Part shown: piece by piece, positions 48,570 through 60,252 of the stretch
Position numbering within the stretch: position 1 is the first letter of the stretch
Layout of the letters: the number at the start of each line of letters is the position of its first letter
Source of the DNA: Vicugna vicugna
Taxonomy: Eukaryota
Assembly (NCBI GenBank): GCA_013265495.1
Contig: MU057584.1
Location: 412,608 to 476,607, forward strand
Length of the DNA: 64,000 bases
Reading direction: 5' to 3'
Notes under the pieces: model-generated
Databases searched by the model: none
Told to the model about the DNA's origin: nothing
Seen by the model: only the letters and a program-made list of their open reading frames with translations
Position numbers and translations under genes: made by a program

Positions 48570-48964
48570 ACACCCCCCGGGCCTCACCCCGAGACGTGGG
48601 TCCAGCGGTGTGGGGGGCTATGGGGGGGACACTGCTGGTGCTGCTGCTTCTGGCTGGGGGGTCCTTAGCATTCATCCTGCTGAGGGTGAGAAGGAGGAGG
48701 AAGAGCCCTGGCGGAGGCGGCGACGGCGGCAGAGGAGGATCCTACGATCCGAAAACTCAGGTGTTTGGGAATGGGGGCCCCGTTTTCTGGACGCCAACGG
48801 CCCCTGGTCCCCTGAGGCCAGAGGGCAAGGAAGAGGAGGACGAGGAGGACGAGGAGGAGAAGGCAGAGAAAGGCCTTATGTTGCCTCCACCCCCGGCACT
48901 GGAGGACGACATGGAGTCCCAGCTGGACGGCTCCCTCATCTCCCGGTGGGCAGTTTATGTGTGA
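48570..48964 (+). CDS. NECTIN2: NECTIN2 alpha-isoform terminal exon (TM and tail)
   Basis: TPRASPRDVGPAVWGAMGGTLLVLLLLAGGSLAFILL...SLISRWAVYV-TGA; AATAAA at 49254-49259. Confidence 0.95.
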
Positions 48965-51087
48965 TTCCCAAGACAGGCAGACAGAGACAGAGACACAGCC
49001 TGCCACCAAGGCCAAGGGTTCCAAGACCGGTTGAACTCGTTTGTCCGGACACTGGAATTCAAATGCTACCTCCCACTTACTTTCCTGGGGTTCGCAGGGA
49101 GGTGGACTATCACACACTGGACTTCTGTCTCCAGGGCTGCATGGGGATGGGGAGGCCCCCCGGGGGGGAGCTCGGTAATGGGGACCCACAGAGGGCCCCC
49201 AGGGACTCGATTTGGGCTCCAGCCTGCCCCAGCCCCCATGACACTCAGGAGTTAATAAATGCCTTGGAGGAAAACATTGGGGGTGTCTTGTAATACATCA
49301 GACCCCCTCCTTGTGGGGTGGGACAGGGACTGCTAGGTCCCAGGAGGTGGGGAAAACTCAACTGGGCCCTGGAAAGTGGGAGCCTGGGGTGGGCGGGGCT
49401 CTGGTCACTTGGGTCCTTGAAAGACACATTGGATGCCCAAGACCCCTGAGGCCAGTGGGACTGGAAACTGGGCCTAGAGGCTGGGGTGCTTGGACTTGGG
49501 GGTTCCAGGATGGAAGCTGCCTTCCTGGGTGGAAAGGCCAGACTGGTGGGAGGCCTGAGATCTCCAGGAGAGCAGGGCTGGGATCCTGGACTCCTGGGCA
49601 CTTGCGGGTGGGGAGGTGCTGTGAGTGATCCTCTGGGGGCAGCTCAGACCTGACCTCTGCAAGGTTGCTGAGGGTATTGGGAGGGAGGGCTGCCCCCCTG
49701 CATTCTGAGGGCTCTGAGGGGCAGGGCAGGTGGGGATGCTGAGGAACTGGGAAAGTCCCACCTCTTGAGAACACCGCAGTGGCCTTTCCTACCTCCTTCC
49801 TGTTCCCTTGTCCCCAGGCTGGGCCCAAGGGGATTTTCAGTGATTCAGAGGGAGGGGCTACAGCTTTGTATCTTAGAAAATCTCTCAAACCCAAGCTGGG
49901 GGCTGCGGTGGGGGCGAGGGGGCGGGCAGGGTTAAATCCCCATAACCTCTGCTCCCGGGGGTGTCCTGGGACTCAGTAAGGCTGCGCCCAAACGCCCAGA
50001 GCGTTGCTGAGCACCCAGCAGGGGCTTGGTCAGCTTGTTCCTTCCACCAGCATTGACCCCCACCTACTCTGCCGGGGACACAGCGGTGACTCCGCCGAGC
50101 TCGCCTGGCCCTCCCGGGCGACGACGAGAATCGCAGCCATCTTAGGATGACCGCATGTGGATGGACCGAGCGGCAATTACTCTGACATCCCCACACCCCC
50201 GGCTCTGAAGCCCTCCGGAGGATGCCAGGCTGTGGAACAGGAAGTTCTGGAAATCACAAATCTGAGAGTCCAGGGATGCAGCCGGCATCCCCGGGGCAGC
50301 TTTCTGTCCTCGTCTGTGCAGTGGGGTTGATGGAAGGGGGACGCCTTTGCGCACGTGTTATTTCCTTTGGTTGGTTGTTGTCTGTCCCGCTCCGTCCAGT
50401 GCCCCCCCACCACCACCATCGCCTCCTCCCAAATGGGAAGGTAGTGACAGGAGGGCAGCGGGGGGAGTTTGGTCTATCTGGCTTACAGTAGGTCAGGTCC
50501 CTGAGTGCCCCTGCTGGGCCCTTCCCTACACTGCTAGCAAACGCCAGCTGTATGCCAGACCCCGCCCCTTGGAGCGCACAGTGTGGAAACTGGCAAGTAA
50601 ACAGGTAACTGGTCCAATAAGACTCAGGAAGTAGGAAATGTTACAAAAGGAGAGGTCCACGGGGTCATGGGCTTCTCTCACCCCCTTTTCCTGTTAGGTT
50701 GGAGGAGCTATGGACCTCTGCCCAGGATGAATCCATTCTGTGTAATGAATTCAGGGTTCTGATCTCAATCTCAGAATCACCCACTCCCCTCCAATTTTCT
50801 GCCTTTTCGCTCTACCCCTTCCCCATAACCTCCGGTCCCTTAGCTCCCCACTCTCCCAGTCATCACTGCTCTGGCCACATGGCCTCCTTGCTGTCCTTAA
50901 AAACAACCTGAGGCTTCCTCCACAGGGCCTTTGCACTGGCTGTTTGCTCTGCCTGGAATGCTCTCATATTCTCATGGCTTGCCCCCTACAGTTCCTTCCG
51001 GTCTTTGCTCAAATGTCACCTCATAGTAAGGCTCTCTCTGACTACCCTTGAGGGCCCCTGCTCTGTCACTTATCACCTTCTATATAT

Positions 51088-51235
51088 TGTTTTTTTTTTT
51101 CCAGGGCAGGGGGTGGGTGGTAATTAGGTTCATTTGTTTATTTATTTTTTTTTTAGTGGAGGTACTGGGGATTGAACCCAGGACCTCGTGTATGCTAAGC
51201 ATGTGCTCTACCACTGAGCTACACCCTCCCCCCTC
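51088..51235 (-). mobile_element. tRNA-derived SINE inside an L2
   Basis: ggaggtactggggattgaacccaggacc...ctaccactgagctacaccc; TSD ctatatattgtt-like. Confidence 0.88.
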
Positions 51236-51534
51236 CACTATATATTGTTATCCTCTATCACTTACTGTCACCTGGATGATAGCTATTGTGTATATTTCTC
51301 TACTGTTGGCCTCCCTGCCCAACAAAATGTAAGTCCCATGAGACTGGGAATTTTGTATGCTTTGTTCACCACTCTCTCATGCAACAAATGCTCAGGAAGG
51401 GTTAGGTGAATAAAAAGAATGTTCCCTGCCCTTGGGAGAGGAGGTAGGCAGGTGGGTGGAGACTTGGGGGGGCTGGGAATAAAGAGTTATGGCTTCCTCC
51501 TGGAGACTCCCTTACGCTGTCCCTCTTCTTGCAG

Positions 51535-51688
51535 AGACACCCAACACAGCAGGCGCAGGGGCCACAGGCGGCATCATTGGGGGGATCATCGCTGCCATCA
51601 TTGCTACTGCTGTGGCCGCCACGGGCATCCTCATCTGCCGGCAGCAGAAGAAAGAGCAGAGGCTGCAGGGGGCAGAGGAGGAGGAGGA
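51535..51688 (+). CDS. NECTIN2: NECTIN2 delta exon 6 (TM)
   Basis: TPNTAGAGATGGIIGGIIAAIIATAVAATGILICRQQKKEQ...|gtgagt. Confidence 0.96.
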
Positions 51689-53016
51689 GTGAGTGAGGGG
51701 CCCTGAGAAGCAAATGAGGGAGGGGTCCCAGAACTGAGGAGCACAGGGTCGGGGATGAGGCTGGGAGAAAATAACCCATAATGGGCTGTATGAAACAGAG
51801 GGACCCAAAATAACTATGACTTGCATTGGCCGGAGAGGAGAGTTTATTTCTGCCTTCTAGAAAGCATGGGTATGACAGTTCTGCTCTGTGAGGTCATCAG
51901 AGCCCAGGATCCTGCTATCTTGTTGCTCCACCAAGTGTGGCCTTTATTCACATTCCAACAAGACACAGCCATCCTGGCCTCGATGACCCCACCCTTACCA
52001 GTGGGAAAGGGAAAGGGAAGTCGAGGGTAGGCGATAGCCCTGTAAAGGAACCCATCACTTCTCATTTCTCATTGGCCAGAATCTAGTTACGTGGATGCCC
52101 CAGCTGCAGAGGAAACTGGGAAATGTAGTCTTTATTCTGGGTGGCCATGTGCCCAGCCAAAATCTCTATTACTGTGAGGAAAGAGGAGCCTGAATATTGA
52201 GGGAAACTAGCCCCACTTCTCTGTGTAGAACATCTGTTATGTGCCAGGCTTGGCGAGATGCATTTTACATGTGTGATCTCAGTGAAGCCTCATATCCATT
52301 CATTCATTCAACGTGTACTCAGACATGTATCAACATGCCTACTTGGGATGAGGTCCTGAAAGTTAGGGACATAATGATGAGACAAACATTTAAAGTATGT
52401 TCACACACATAAAGGTGTCATGTCATGGAAACTTAAATTCTCAGAGGGAGCTAAGATACCCATTTTCTCAAAGACTAACAGGTTCAGAGAGCTGAAATCA
52501 CTTGCTGAAATTCATCCAGCAAGAAAATACTTGGCAGGCAAAATGGTTCTGAAATAATACTATCCAGTGTGTGTGAGGGGGAACACTTATTAAAAATGCA
52601 TAATCCTGGGCTTACACCAAACCTACTGAATCAGAGCTTTTAAAAGAAGGGCTCAGCATCTGTGTTTATAACAAGCTCCCTAAGATGCACAGGAAAGTTT
52701 GTGAACCACTGTCTTAATCATCTTATCAGTGCAAACCAACAACTTGCTATTGATCTCTCCTCCTAAGCCCAGCCCGGTGCTGAGACTCAGTGGTGCCTGA
52801 GATGGCCCTGGTCCTGCCCTGCTGGGGTTCACACAGTCTGGAGGAGACTGACTTGTCCCCAAACAGTGACAGCATGGCCAGGGATGGGCTCAGGAAGCTG
52901 AGGGAGCTGTAGGAGGCCAGGAGGGGCACCTGCCTCAGCCTGGAAGATCAGGGAGGGCTTCCTGGATGTAGGGACATCTGAGCTGAGGATAGAAGACATA
53001 TTAAGCATCATCATTT

Positions 53017-53019
53017 GTG

Positions 53020-53061
<42 letters not shown>

Positions 53062-53078
53062 TACACACACAGAGAGAG
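53017..53078. repeat. Compound (TA)n(CA)n(GA)n microsatellite
   Basis: Direct reading. Confidence 0.95.
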
Positions 53079-53543
53079 GATGCTCTGGTCTGTGGGTATG
53101 TAGAATGAGTGAATTTAACCTGGTTTAGGGGACAGGAAAGCATTTCATTCATTTATCCATTCTCTCTTTTAACAAATATTCCCTGAATTCCTCATAATGG
53201 GTTCTGGGAACACCGTGTTGACAACACAGATCTCATTTTTCCCCCCTCACATGGCTCACAGTCATTGAATGATATCAGAAACAACATTTCAAATACAAAC
53301 TCAGTTAGTGCCCCATGAGGGACGTATAGATGGATATTATCATGTAAGAGGAGTTCCTGATTCTCTTAGAGAGTCAGGAAGGCTTCCTGGAAGAAAAGAA
53401 AGCCATGGGATGTGCAGTAGTTAGCTGGGCAAGGGAGGTGGGTGGTGGAAAGGGAGATCAGGCAGAAGGAGGAACATGGGTAGTGACCCTGGGGTAGGTT
53501 GCTCAGGGCTTAGCCTCTACCTGACTTACCTTCTACCCCACAG

Positions 53544-53607
53544 CCTGGAGGGGCCTCCCTCATACAAGCCACCGACCCCAAAGGCAAAGCTGGAGGAGCC
53601 AGAGATG
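53544..53607 (+). CDS. NECTIN2: NECTIN2 delta exon 7
   Basis: LEGPPSYKPPTPKAKLEEPEM|gtgagc. Confidence 0.95.
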
Positions 53608-53745
53608 GTGAGCACTTCCCTGGAGCTCAGGCTGCACCCACCCCCTCACTACCTTTCCCCACTGAGGCCAGACCTGGGAGGGGGGCTGATGGGGAGAGGC
53701 TGTCTGGGGGTGGGGTCCTGACCTACCCCATCTTTCCCACCACAG

Positions 53746-53832
53746 CCCTCCCAGCTCTTTACCTTGGGGGCCTCGGAGCACAGCCCACTCAAGACCCCCT
53801 ACTTTGATGCTGGCGTATCATGCACCGAGCAG
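53746..53832 (+). CDS. NECTIN2: NECTIN2 delta exon 8
   Basis: PSQLFTLGASEHSPLKTPYFDAGVSCTEQ|gtagga. Confidence 0.95.
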
Positions 53833-54270
53833 GTAGGAGCCCGGGAGACAACAAGAGTAAGATTCGGGGTCTGGGTTTAAGGGACTCTTGACATAAGAGG
53901 TCAAGGAGTAAATGTCCAACTCAAGTTCAGGACTGTATCTCTGATTAGAGCTTAGAGCACTGAGATGCATTTAGGATTCATTCTTGAGGTCATAGCTGTA
54001 AAAGTTCAAGGACATGAGGTTAGCATTTGAAGTCACTCCATCAAAGAAAATTGGTTGAGTATCTCCATTTGCTGGACACTGTGCCGGGAACTGGAACAAG
54101 ACAAGTAGTGTCTCTCCTCAGCGGTCTCCTGGAGGTCAGAGGTTGGATGTTGAGTTTGAGATAGGTCAAGTTTCAAGGGGCTATTTAGAGCTAAGCTTAG
54201 GTCAAGATTAAAGTCAAAGGTTCATGGGGAAAGACTTGGGGTCAGTGATCAAAGGAAAAGGAGAGGCTTA

Positions 54271-54614
54271 CTCTAGAACCACAAGATCTTGAGTCCCTTG
54301 GTCCCATCTTTGCTCTTTACTTTGTCTCTGTTTCATAAGTCTTGCATCGCCCATCCTCAGACATGGTCCCAAGCTGTGAAGGACGCAGCACAGAATTGTT
54401 AAATTTTACTTAGAGTCACACAGAAATAGATGGTATTAGGAGTTGAATTTATACGTACTTGTTCAGGGAAACTGAGATCTTAGCTGTAGTGATACACTGT
54501 GAGTAAAAACTTAGAAAATATTCAATCCACATACTTTTCAAGAGACAAATTACTTAGAAATTTAAATCAAGCAACCAAGGAATAAAGTGAACATAAGAAT
54601 TAAATAATAAAAAA
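54271..54614 (+). mobile_element. Retroposed poly(A) insertion of unknown source with 15-bp TSD
   Basis: TSD aaaaggagaggctta at 54256-54270 and 54615-54629; AATAAA 54581-54586; A tail. Confidence 0.8.
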
Positions 54615-54844
54615 AAAAGGAGAGGCTTAGGATTGACAGTCCATGCTCTGGGCTTCGAGTTAGGGACGAGCTATATGATTGTCCCAGTGCAATATCTATC
54701 CAGGTGACAAGGGGTGATATGGGGTGTGGTCAGTTCTGGTTGGTATGGGGAGAGCGTGGGCAGGATTTGGGGGTCAAGGAGCAGATTTAGATTCTGTGTT
54801 ACACTCAAGAGGTGACCTTGGGCTCATTCCTTCTTCACCCCCAG

Positions 54845-55102
54845 GAAATGCCTCGATACCATGAGCTGCCCACCTTGGAAGAACGGTCAGGGCCCCTGCT
54901 CCTGGGGGCCACAAGCCTGGGATCCCCCATCCTGGTACCTCCAGGGCCACCTGCTGTTGAGAGGGTTTCCCTGGATCTAGAGGAGGAGGAAGAAGACTAT
55001 CTGGACAAGATCAACCCCATCTACGACGCCCTGTCCTACTCCAGCCCCTCTGACTCCTACCAGGGCAAAGGCTTTGTCATGTCCCGGGCCATGTATGTGT
55101 AA
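54845..55102 (+). CDS. NECTIN2: NECTIN2 delta terminal exon, coding part
   Basis: EMPRYHELPTLEE...DKINPIYDALSY...GFVMSRAMYV-TAA; likely variant poly(A) signal AATATA 55935-55940. Confidence 0.96.
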   Translation, partial: EMPRYHELPTLEERSGPLLLGATSLGSPILVPPGPPAVERVSLDLEEEEEDYLDKINPIYDALSYSSPSDSYQGKGFVMSRAMYV

Positions 55103-56759
55103 GCCGCCAAGACTCTGTCCTCTTACTTCTCATTTTTTGATCCCTCAGCTTTCTGCCAGGGATCTAGGGCCCCCTGACCTCTGGCCAGGCCAGTCAGTTA
55201 ACACACATGCATCTCATCTGTGATTTCTACCTTGGTGGATCCACTATGACCTCTAATTCCTGATCTCTGATTCAGAGAAATGGGTCATGACAATGGAAAC
55301 CCGATAACCTTATCCCATGAGGGGCCGGGGGAGGTATGTTTCTGCACAGCCTCTCACCCAAGGACTCCTCAGGCTGACCATAAATCATACCTCTCATGCA
55401 CCACCATCTCCAGACTACCCCCAAATCCCAAAGAAGACCCCAGACCTCTGATTTGTCCTCAGGCAGTAACTCCCAATAGCTCTGCTGTGGGGTGGGCATT
55501 GGGGGCATACTGCTGCCCAGACCTGAGCCCTCCAGGCAGCAGAGCCTCACTTGCCCAGTCCCCACCCTGTCCCCCAAAAGTGGGAGGAAGAGGATTCCCC
55601 AGCTCAAGACGGAACTTCCCCATTTCCTCCCTCCTGCCAGCAGGAGACTCAGGGTACAGACCCATCCCTGAGCCCCAACTACCCTAATTCCTGTCTACAG
55701 GGAATTAAGCCCCAGCTCAGGGCTAGATGGGGTGAGCCTCATGCAGAGTGTGCCTTGTTGACCCCAGTCTTGGGAGAAGAACCTGCTGTTACTTTGAAGA
55801 CTACTGAGTCCTTTTACTCCTGCCCCAGTGGGATTGGACCCAAACATCTCCCTTGGGGAGTAGGGGGAAAGTGGATCATCTGGGTTGCGGGTAGGGAATG
55901 TGGTATTGTTTCTGTAATATAGCGTTTCCTTAAAAATATAAGTTTGTACTTTTGTCAGGTCTCAACTCGTGTTTTCTGTGGGCTGTCAAGGGGATAGGGG
56001 TGAGATATGATGTGTAATGAATTGGGGGGGGGGGTCCAGGGCTTAAGAGAATCAGTGGACTAGAAATCAAGATGGGTTACAGACAAAAAGAAAAGGGCCA
56101 AATATATAAAAACAAAATAATTCAGGGGATAATGAGCAAAAATGCATAAGCCAAAAACAGCGATGGGTAATGGAAGGAGAGGGGGAGGAGTCCAGGGCAT
56201 GGTGGTTAATGAAAGGGAATCCGTGCAACAGCAGTCTAATGGGTCATGGACAGAAATAAACAGAACAGAGATAGAAATAACAGTAATTAATTATGAAGGG
56301 CCCAGGTTTAATGAATAACTGGCAATTGAGAATTGGCCAAAGGCAAAATTATGTATAATGTTGTAATAGGGGCTCAGGGTATGATGGGTAATAGATCCGA
56401 ATGAATGAGCCGGGGGGATGAATAATGGAGAAATAGGGGTCCCAGGTATAATGGGTAGTGGACCCAAAACTTGATGGTTAGTTAAGGAAGGGCTGGAAGA
56501 ACGATGGAAGTGAACTGACAGAAATGAGCTAACGGGGGTTCAAGCAACCAAACTGAAATGAATGGGACGGAAGGCATACTGGGTAATGGGACAGGAATGA
56601 ATGGGCCAAAGATAGAAGCCGCCATGACTAGGGTTGGGGCGGAGGGAGAGACACAGAGGGCATGATGGGTAATGAAAGGGGTGGGTCTACGGCAACTGTC
56701 CCGTTAAATAGGTAAGGGGCATTGTGGGTAACAAGAAGCCGGACAGGGTTCACCTAATG

Positions 56760-57560
56760 GGTTAGAATTCTCCCGGGGCACTGTGGGAGAAGCTAGTACT
56801 TCCGGCTTTCGGTCCGCGACTGCGGACTACAGGGCCGCCCCTTTACCGCGGTGCCTGGTGGGATGCGAGGCCTGACCTTGCTGCCTAGCAGCCTCTGCCG
56901 CTCAACCCACCTTTACCTGTATCCCTTGACCCTGGCACATTAGCCAATGAACACACGAGGTTGATTACGCCACCAGGGTCGGGCCCCTGTACCTGTTGGA
57001 GCCAATCAGGATGCTGCAAGGGCCAAGGCCGACCAATTATCATGGCAGTTTCGCCGCGGGGCGGAGTCGAAAAGGGGAACGCCTTCTGGAATGGGGCAGA
57101 GGCGATAAGTCAATGGGCGTTGCAAAGTGCGCAGCACAGACCAATGGCGAGTGAGCACAGGAACCCGCGGCATCGCAAGCCAATCGGGGTGGGCGCCCCG
57201 AGCCAATGGGAAGGGCGGGGAGGTGTGCTTTGACCTGAGAGTGGAAACCAACAGAAAAGGACGTTCCAAAGAGATGGGTGGGACTCTCATCCATGACTCC
57301 AATAGTAAGGCCAGGCTCTGAAGCTGGTGGGCGGACCCCAAGGCACGCTAAACCAATGGGCTAGGCGGGGCGGGGCGACGGTGGCAGCGGCGGCGGCATC
57401 GGGTTCGGTTGCGCGTGGCGCACGGGGTGGGAGCGAAGCCCAGACCCGGAGGAGGCGCTGCCGCGGTGAGAACCGAGGCTCCGAGCAGGGGGGTGTTGGC
57501 TGGGGACTGGGCCTGGAGACTGCGGGCCTTGACCTCTGCCCTTTGACCTTTCCCCTGCAG
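56760..57560 (+). promoter_or_regulatory. TOMM40 CpG-island promoter and non-coding first exon (donor at 57466)
   Basis: CpG-rich; ETS ACTTCCGG 56798-56805; 8 CCAAT boxes; GC boxes; ccgcg|GTGAGA donor and cccctgcag acceptor at 57560. Confidence 0.85.
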
Positions 57561-57566
57561 GCGACC

Positions 57567-57843
57567 ATGGGGAACGTGTTGGCCGCTAGCTCGCCGCCCG
57601 CAGGGCCGCCGCCGCCGCCGCCTGCGCCTCCCCTCGTGGGACTGCCGCCGCCTCCGCCCTCTCCTCCGGGCTTCACGCTGCCGCCGCTTGGGGGCGGCCT
57701 GGGCACTGGGGCTGGCGCAGGTCGAGGTTCCGAACGGACCCCCGGGACTGCGGCCGCCAGCTCTGGAGGGACCGTGGATGATGGGGCCTGCGGCTGCCTG
57801 CCCAATCCGGGCACGTTCGAGGAGTGCCACCGGAAGTGCAAGG
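57567..57843 (+). CDS. TOMM40: TOMM40 first coding exon
   Basis: Kozak acc[22 protein letters not shown]...[17 protein letters not shown]|gtgagg. Confidence 0.97.
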
Positions 57844-58585
57844 GTGAGGGGCTAGGGGCCTGGTAGGGGTTCGATGGCCCAGATCTCGGGGGAAGCGGGA
57901 GCACGTTGAGGACCTTGAGAATTGGCATAGACCATTGGAATCACTTAACAGAGCATTAGGAGTTGACGTTGGGATCGCGTGGTGGAATGTCAGACTTGGG
58001 GCTTAGAGCGATGGGATCAAATGGTGGAACCTTGGGATGGAATGCCAGAGCCTTAGAGAAAAGTCTTAGGAACCTCAGGATCCCCAGGAATCAGCCAAGC
58101 CAGCTTCATGTGGTTGAGAGGGAAACTGAGGCCCAAGGTCACAGTGTCAGCAAAGTGTCAGCAAGGGGCCAGTGGCGGTGGAACCCAAGGCTTAGGATCC
58201 TGGCTTGGAATAATTATGGTAGCAAAAGTGGTGGAGACTTATTGAGCACTGTTCTGGAATTCAGTATGTGTTAACTCATTAAATTCTTGCAATATTTCCA
58301 TGTAGTGAGTATTTTCATCTTACAAATGATAACGTTTGACAGAGACATAAAGTGACTTACTTAAGGTCACAGAGGTAATACTGTGATTTGGATGCAGGCA
58401 AAGGCCTTGGTCCTGGGCCCATCCACTAGGCTATTCTGCCTCTTTGCTGGTTGGGGTACTTTGTGCAGTGTGCTGCTTGTTCGTCCCTGGAGAAGGGAGA
58501 GCCAGCATGATAGGGAAGGAAGGGATGAGAGATAGTGTGTGTGTGTGTGTGTGTTGGAGTGTGATAGCCTTTCTCTCTTCTTTAG

Positions 58586-58653
58586 AGCTGTTTCCTATTC
58601 AGATGGAAGGTGTCAAGCTCACAGTCAACAAAGGGTTGAGTAATCATTTCCAG
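58586..58653 (+). CDS. TOMM40: TOMM40 coding exon 2
   Basis: [22 protein letters not shown]|gtgagc. Confidence 0.97.
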
Positions 58654-59120
58654 GTGAGCCTTCTTGAGGCCATTATCCTCCAGAGGTCATCCCAGCCATT
58701 CCCCTGTATCTGCATATACAGCCCCCTTACTCCTCCTCCCTAAAGGTCTGGGCTCCTTGGTACTTGAAAAGACTCAGAGACACAGTGCCAGGCTGACTAC
58801 TCAATGGGGGCCAGTGGTAGTGTTTAGAGATCCAGAAACCAGAGATCCTCCCTTCCCCTACTACCAGCATCCAGGCAGGAATGAAGTACCAGGTATGCAG
58901 TCCCAGCCCTGGCACATCTCTTCTCTGAGTCTCTAATCTAGTCAGTGCACACCTCCCACTCTTCATCCCCTGCCCAGCCCAGAGATGCCCTGATGGGGAA
59001 GCCAGATTGGCAAGTATCCCCTATCCCAGGTGGGAGGGGAGCTGTCCTGGGAGTGGGCTCAGCTGGGCTCCTGGGGGAGGGGGCACAGTCTCGTCACCAC
59101 AGCCCTCCCTCTTCTCCCAG

Positions 59121-59213
59121 GTGAACCACACAGTAGCCCTCAGCACAATCGGGGAGTCCAACTACCACTTCGGGGTCACGTATGTGGGGACAAAGCAGCT
59201 GAGTCCCACAGAG
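59121..59213 (+). CDS. TOMM40: TOMM40 coding exon 3
   Basis: [31 protein letters not shown]|gtgagg. Confidence 0.97.
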
Positions 59214-60097
59214 GTGAGGTTCCTTTTGCCATTCATTCATTGTATCTTTCTTCTAACAAATAATGTAGCCAAACAGGCAAGCGAAGAAGACTTTGTCAGT
59301 AGGAGGCCAGAGCTGCTGAGGGTGTTGGGAGGTGGGGACTGTGTCTCTCCAAGGTGCATTGGAATCTGGGTCATTCCTTCATCCTGACCCCCACCTCTCT
59401 GCCTAGCCTTGGGCTGGGCAAGTCTGGGGACACCCGGGTCACCAGAGAGTAATGACCTAGAGGGGGCAGAGCTGGGTTGTAGATCATGCTGGGCTTTGAA
59501 GGCCAAGTTAGACATTTGAACTTTCACTAGGGGGCGCGAGAGAGCCACAGGAAGATCTGAAGCGGGAAAGACATGGTGGGATGAATGCTTTGGAAATAGC
59601 CTCGCAGACATCCTGAAAAATGTTAGGTTAGGGGAGTGAAGAAGGCAAACCTGGGGGCTTGTAAGGAGGCTGAGGCAGGACAAGGAGGAGTTGGGCTAAA
59701 TTAGATCTCTGCTTATATTAACTATTTCCATTCAATACATTAGTTTATTCAACAAACTTTCCTTTTACCCCATTCTGTGCCCAGCCCTGTGCTGAGCGGT
59801 GCTGGGGACCTAGCAGTGACTGAAACAGCCATGAGGCTCATAGCCTAGCAGAGAAAGGGAACAGACCTGTCGCCAGATAGTAACAGTGCAGGGTGGGCAG
59901 GACTGAAATGGGGGAACCAAAGGCTGTGGGGACCCAGAGAGGAGCCTAACTCAGCCTAGGTGGTCTTGGAGGCCTTCCTGGAGGAGATGAGCTCAGTCTG
60001 GGGCTTTCTAAATCTAGGATTCTCACCGAGGCCCGTCATGCCTGTACTTCCATTAGTGCTCTGTCTCTGATCTCTAATCCTGCTCTCTGCCCCACAG

Positions 60098-60199
60098 GCA
60101 TTCCCCGTGCTGGTGGGTGACATGGACAATAGTGGCAGCCTCAACGCTCAGGTCATTCACCAGCTGGGCCCTGGCCTCAGATCGAAGATGGCCATTCAG
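60098..60199 (+). CDS. TOMM40: TOMM40 coding exon 4
   Basis: [34 protein letters not shown]|gtgagt. Confidence 0.97.
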
Positions 60200-60252
60200 G
60201 TGAGTGGGAGTTGTGTTGGCTGCTCCCCTAGTCACCCTGAGCACCAAGCCCT

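Larger units (their letters stand above)
30195..55102 (+). other. NECTIN2: NECTIN2 (PVRL2/CD112) gene CDS span; delta 537 aa, alpha 481 aa
   Basis: Three Ig domains with nectin lock (AVFHPTYG) and key (ATFPRG) motifs; two alternative TM/tails ending AVYV and AMYV (afadin-binding A-x-Y-V); exon sums 1614 and 1446 nt. Confidence 0.98.

Noticed and set aside
48947..48949. Trp in the alpha tail (SRWAVYV; recalled human SRRAVYV)
   Set aside because: Probably a simple CpG transition outside the intact A-x-Y-V PDZ motif.
48202..49293. Longest ORF in the track (363 aa)
   Set aside because: Off-frame over the NECTIN2 alpha exon and built from intron, L1 fragment and UTR; no coherent protein.
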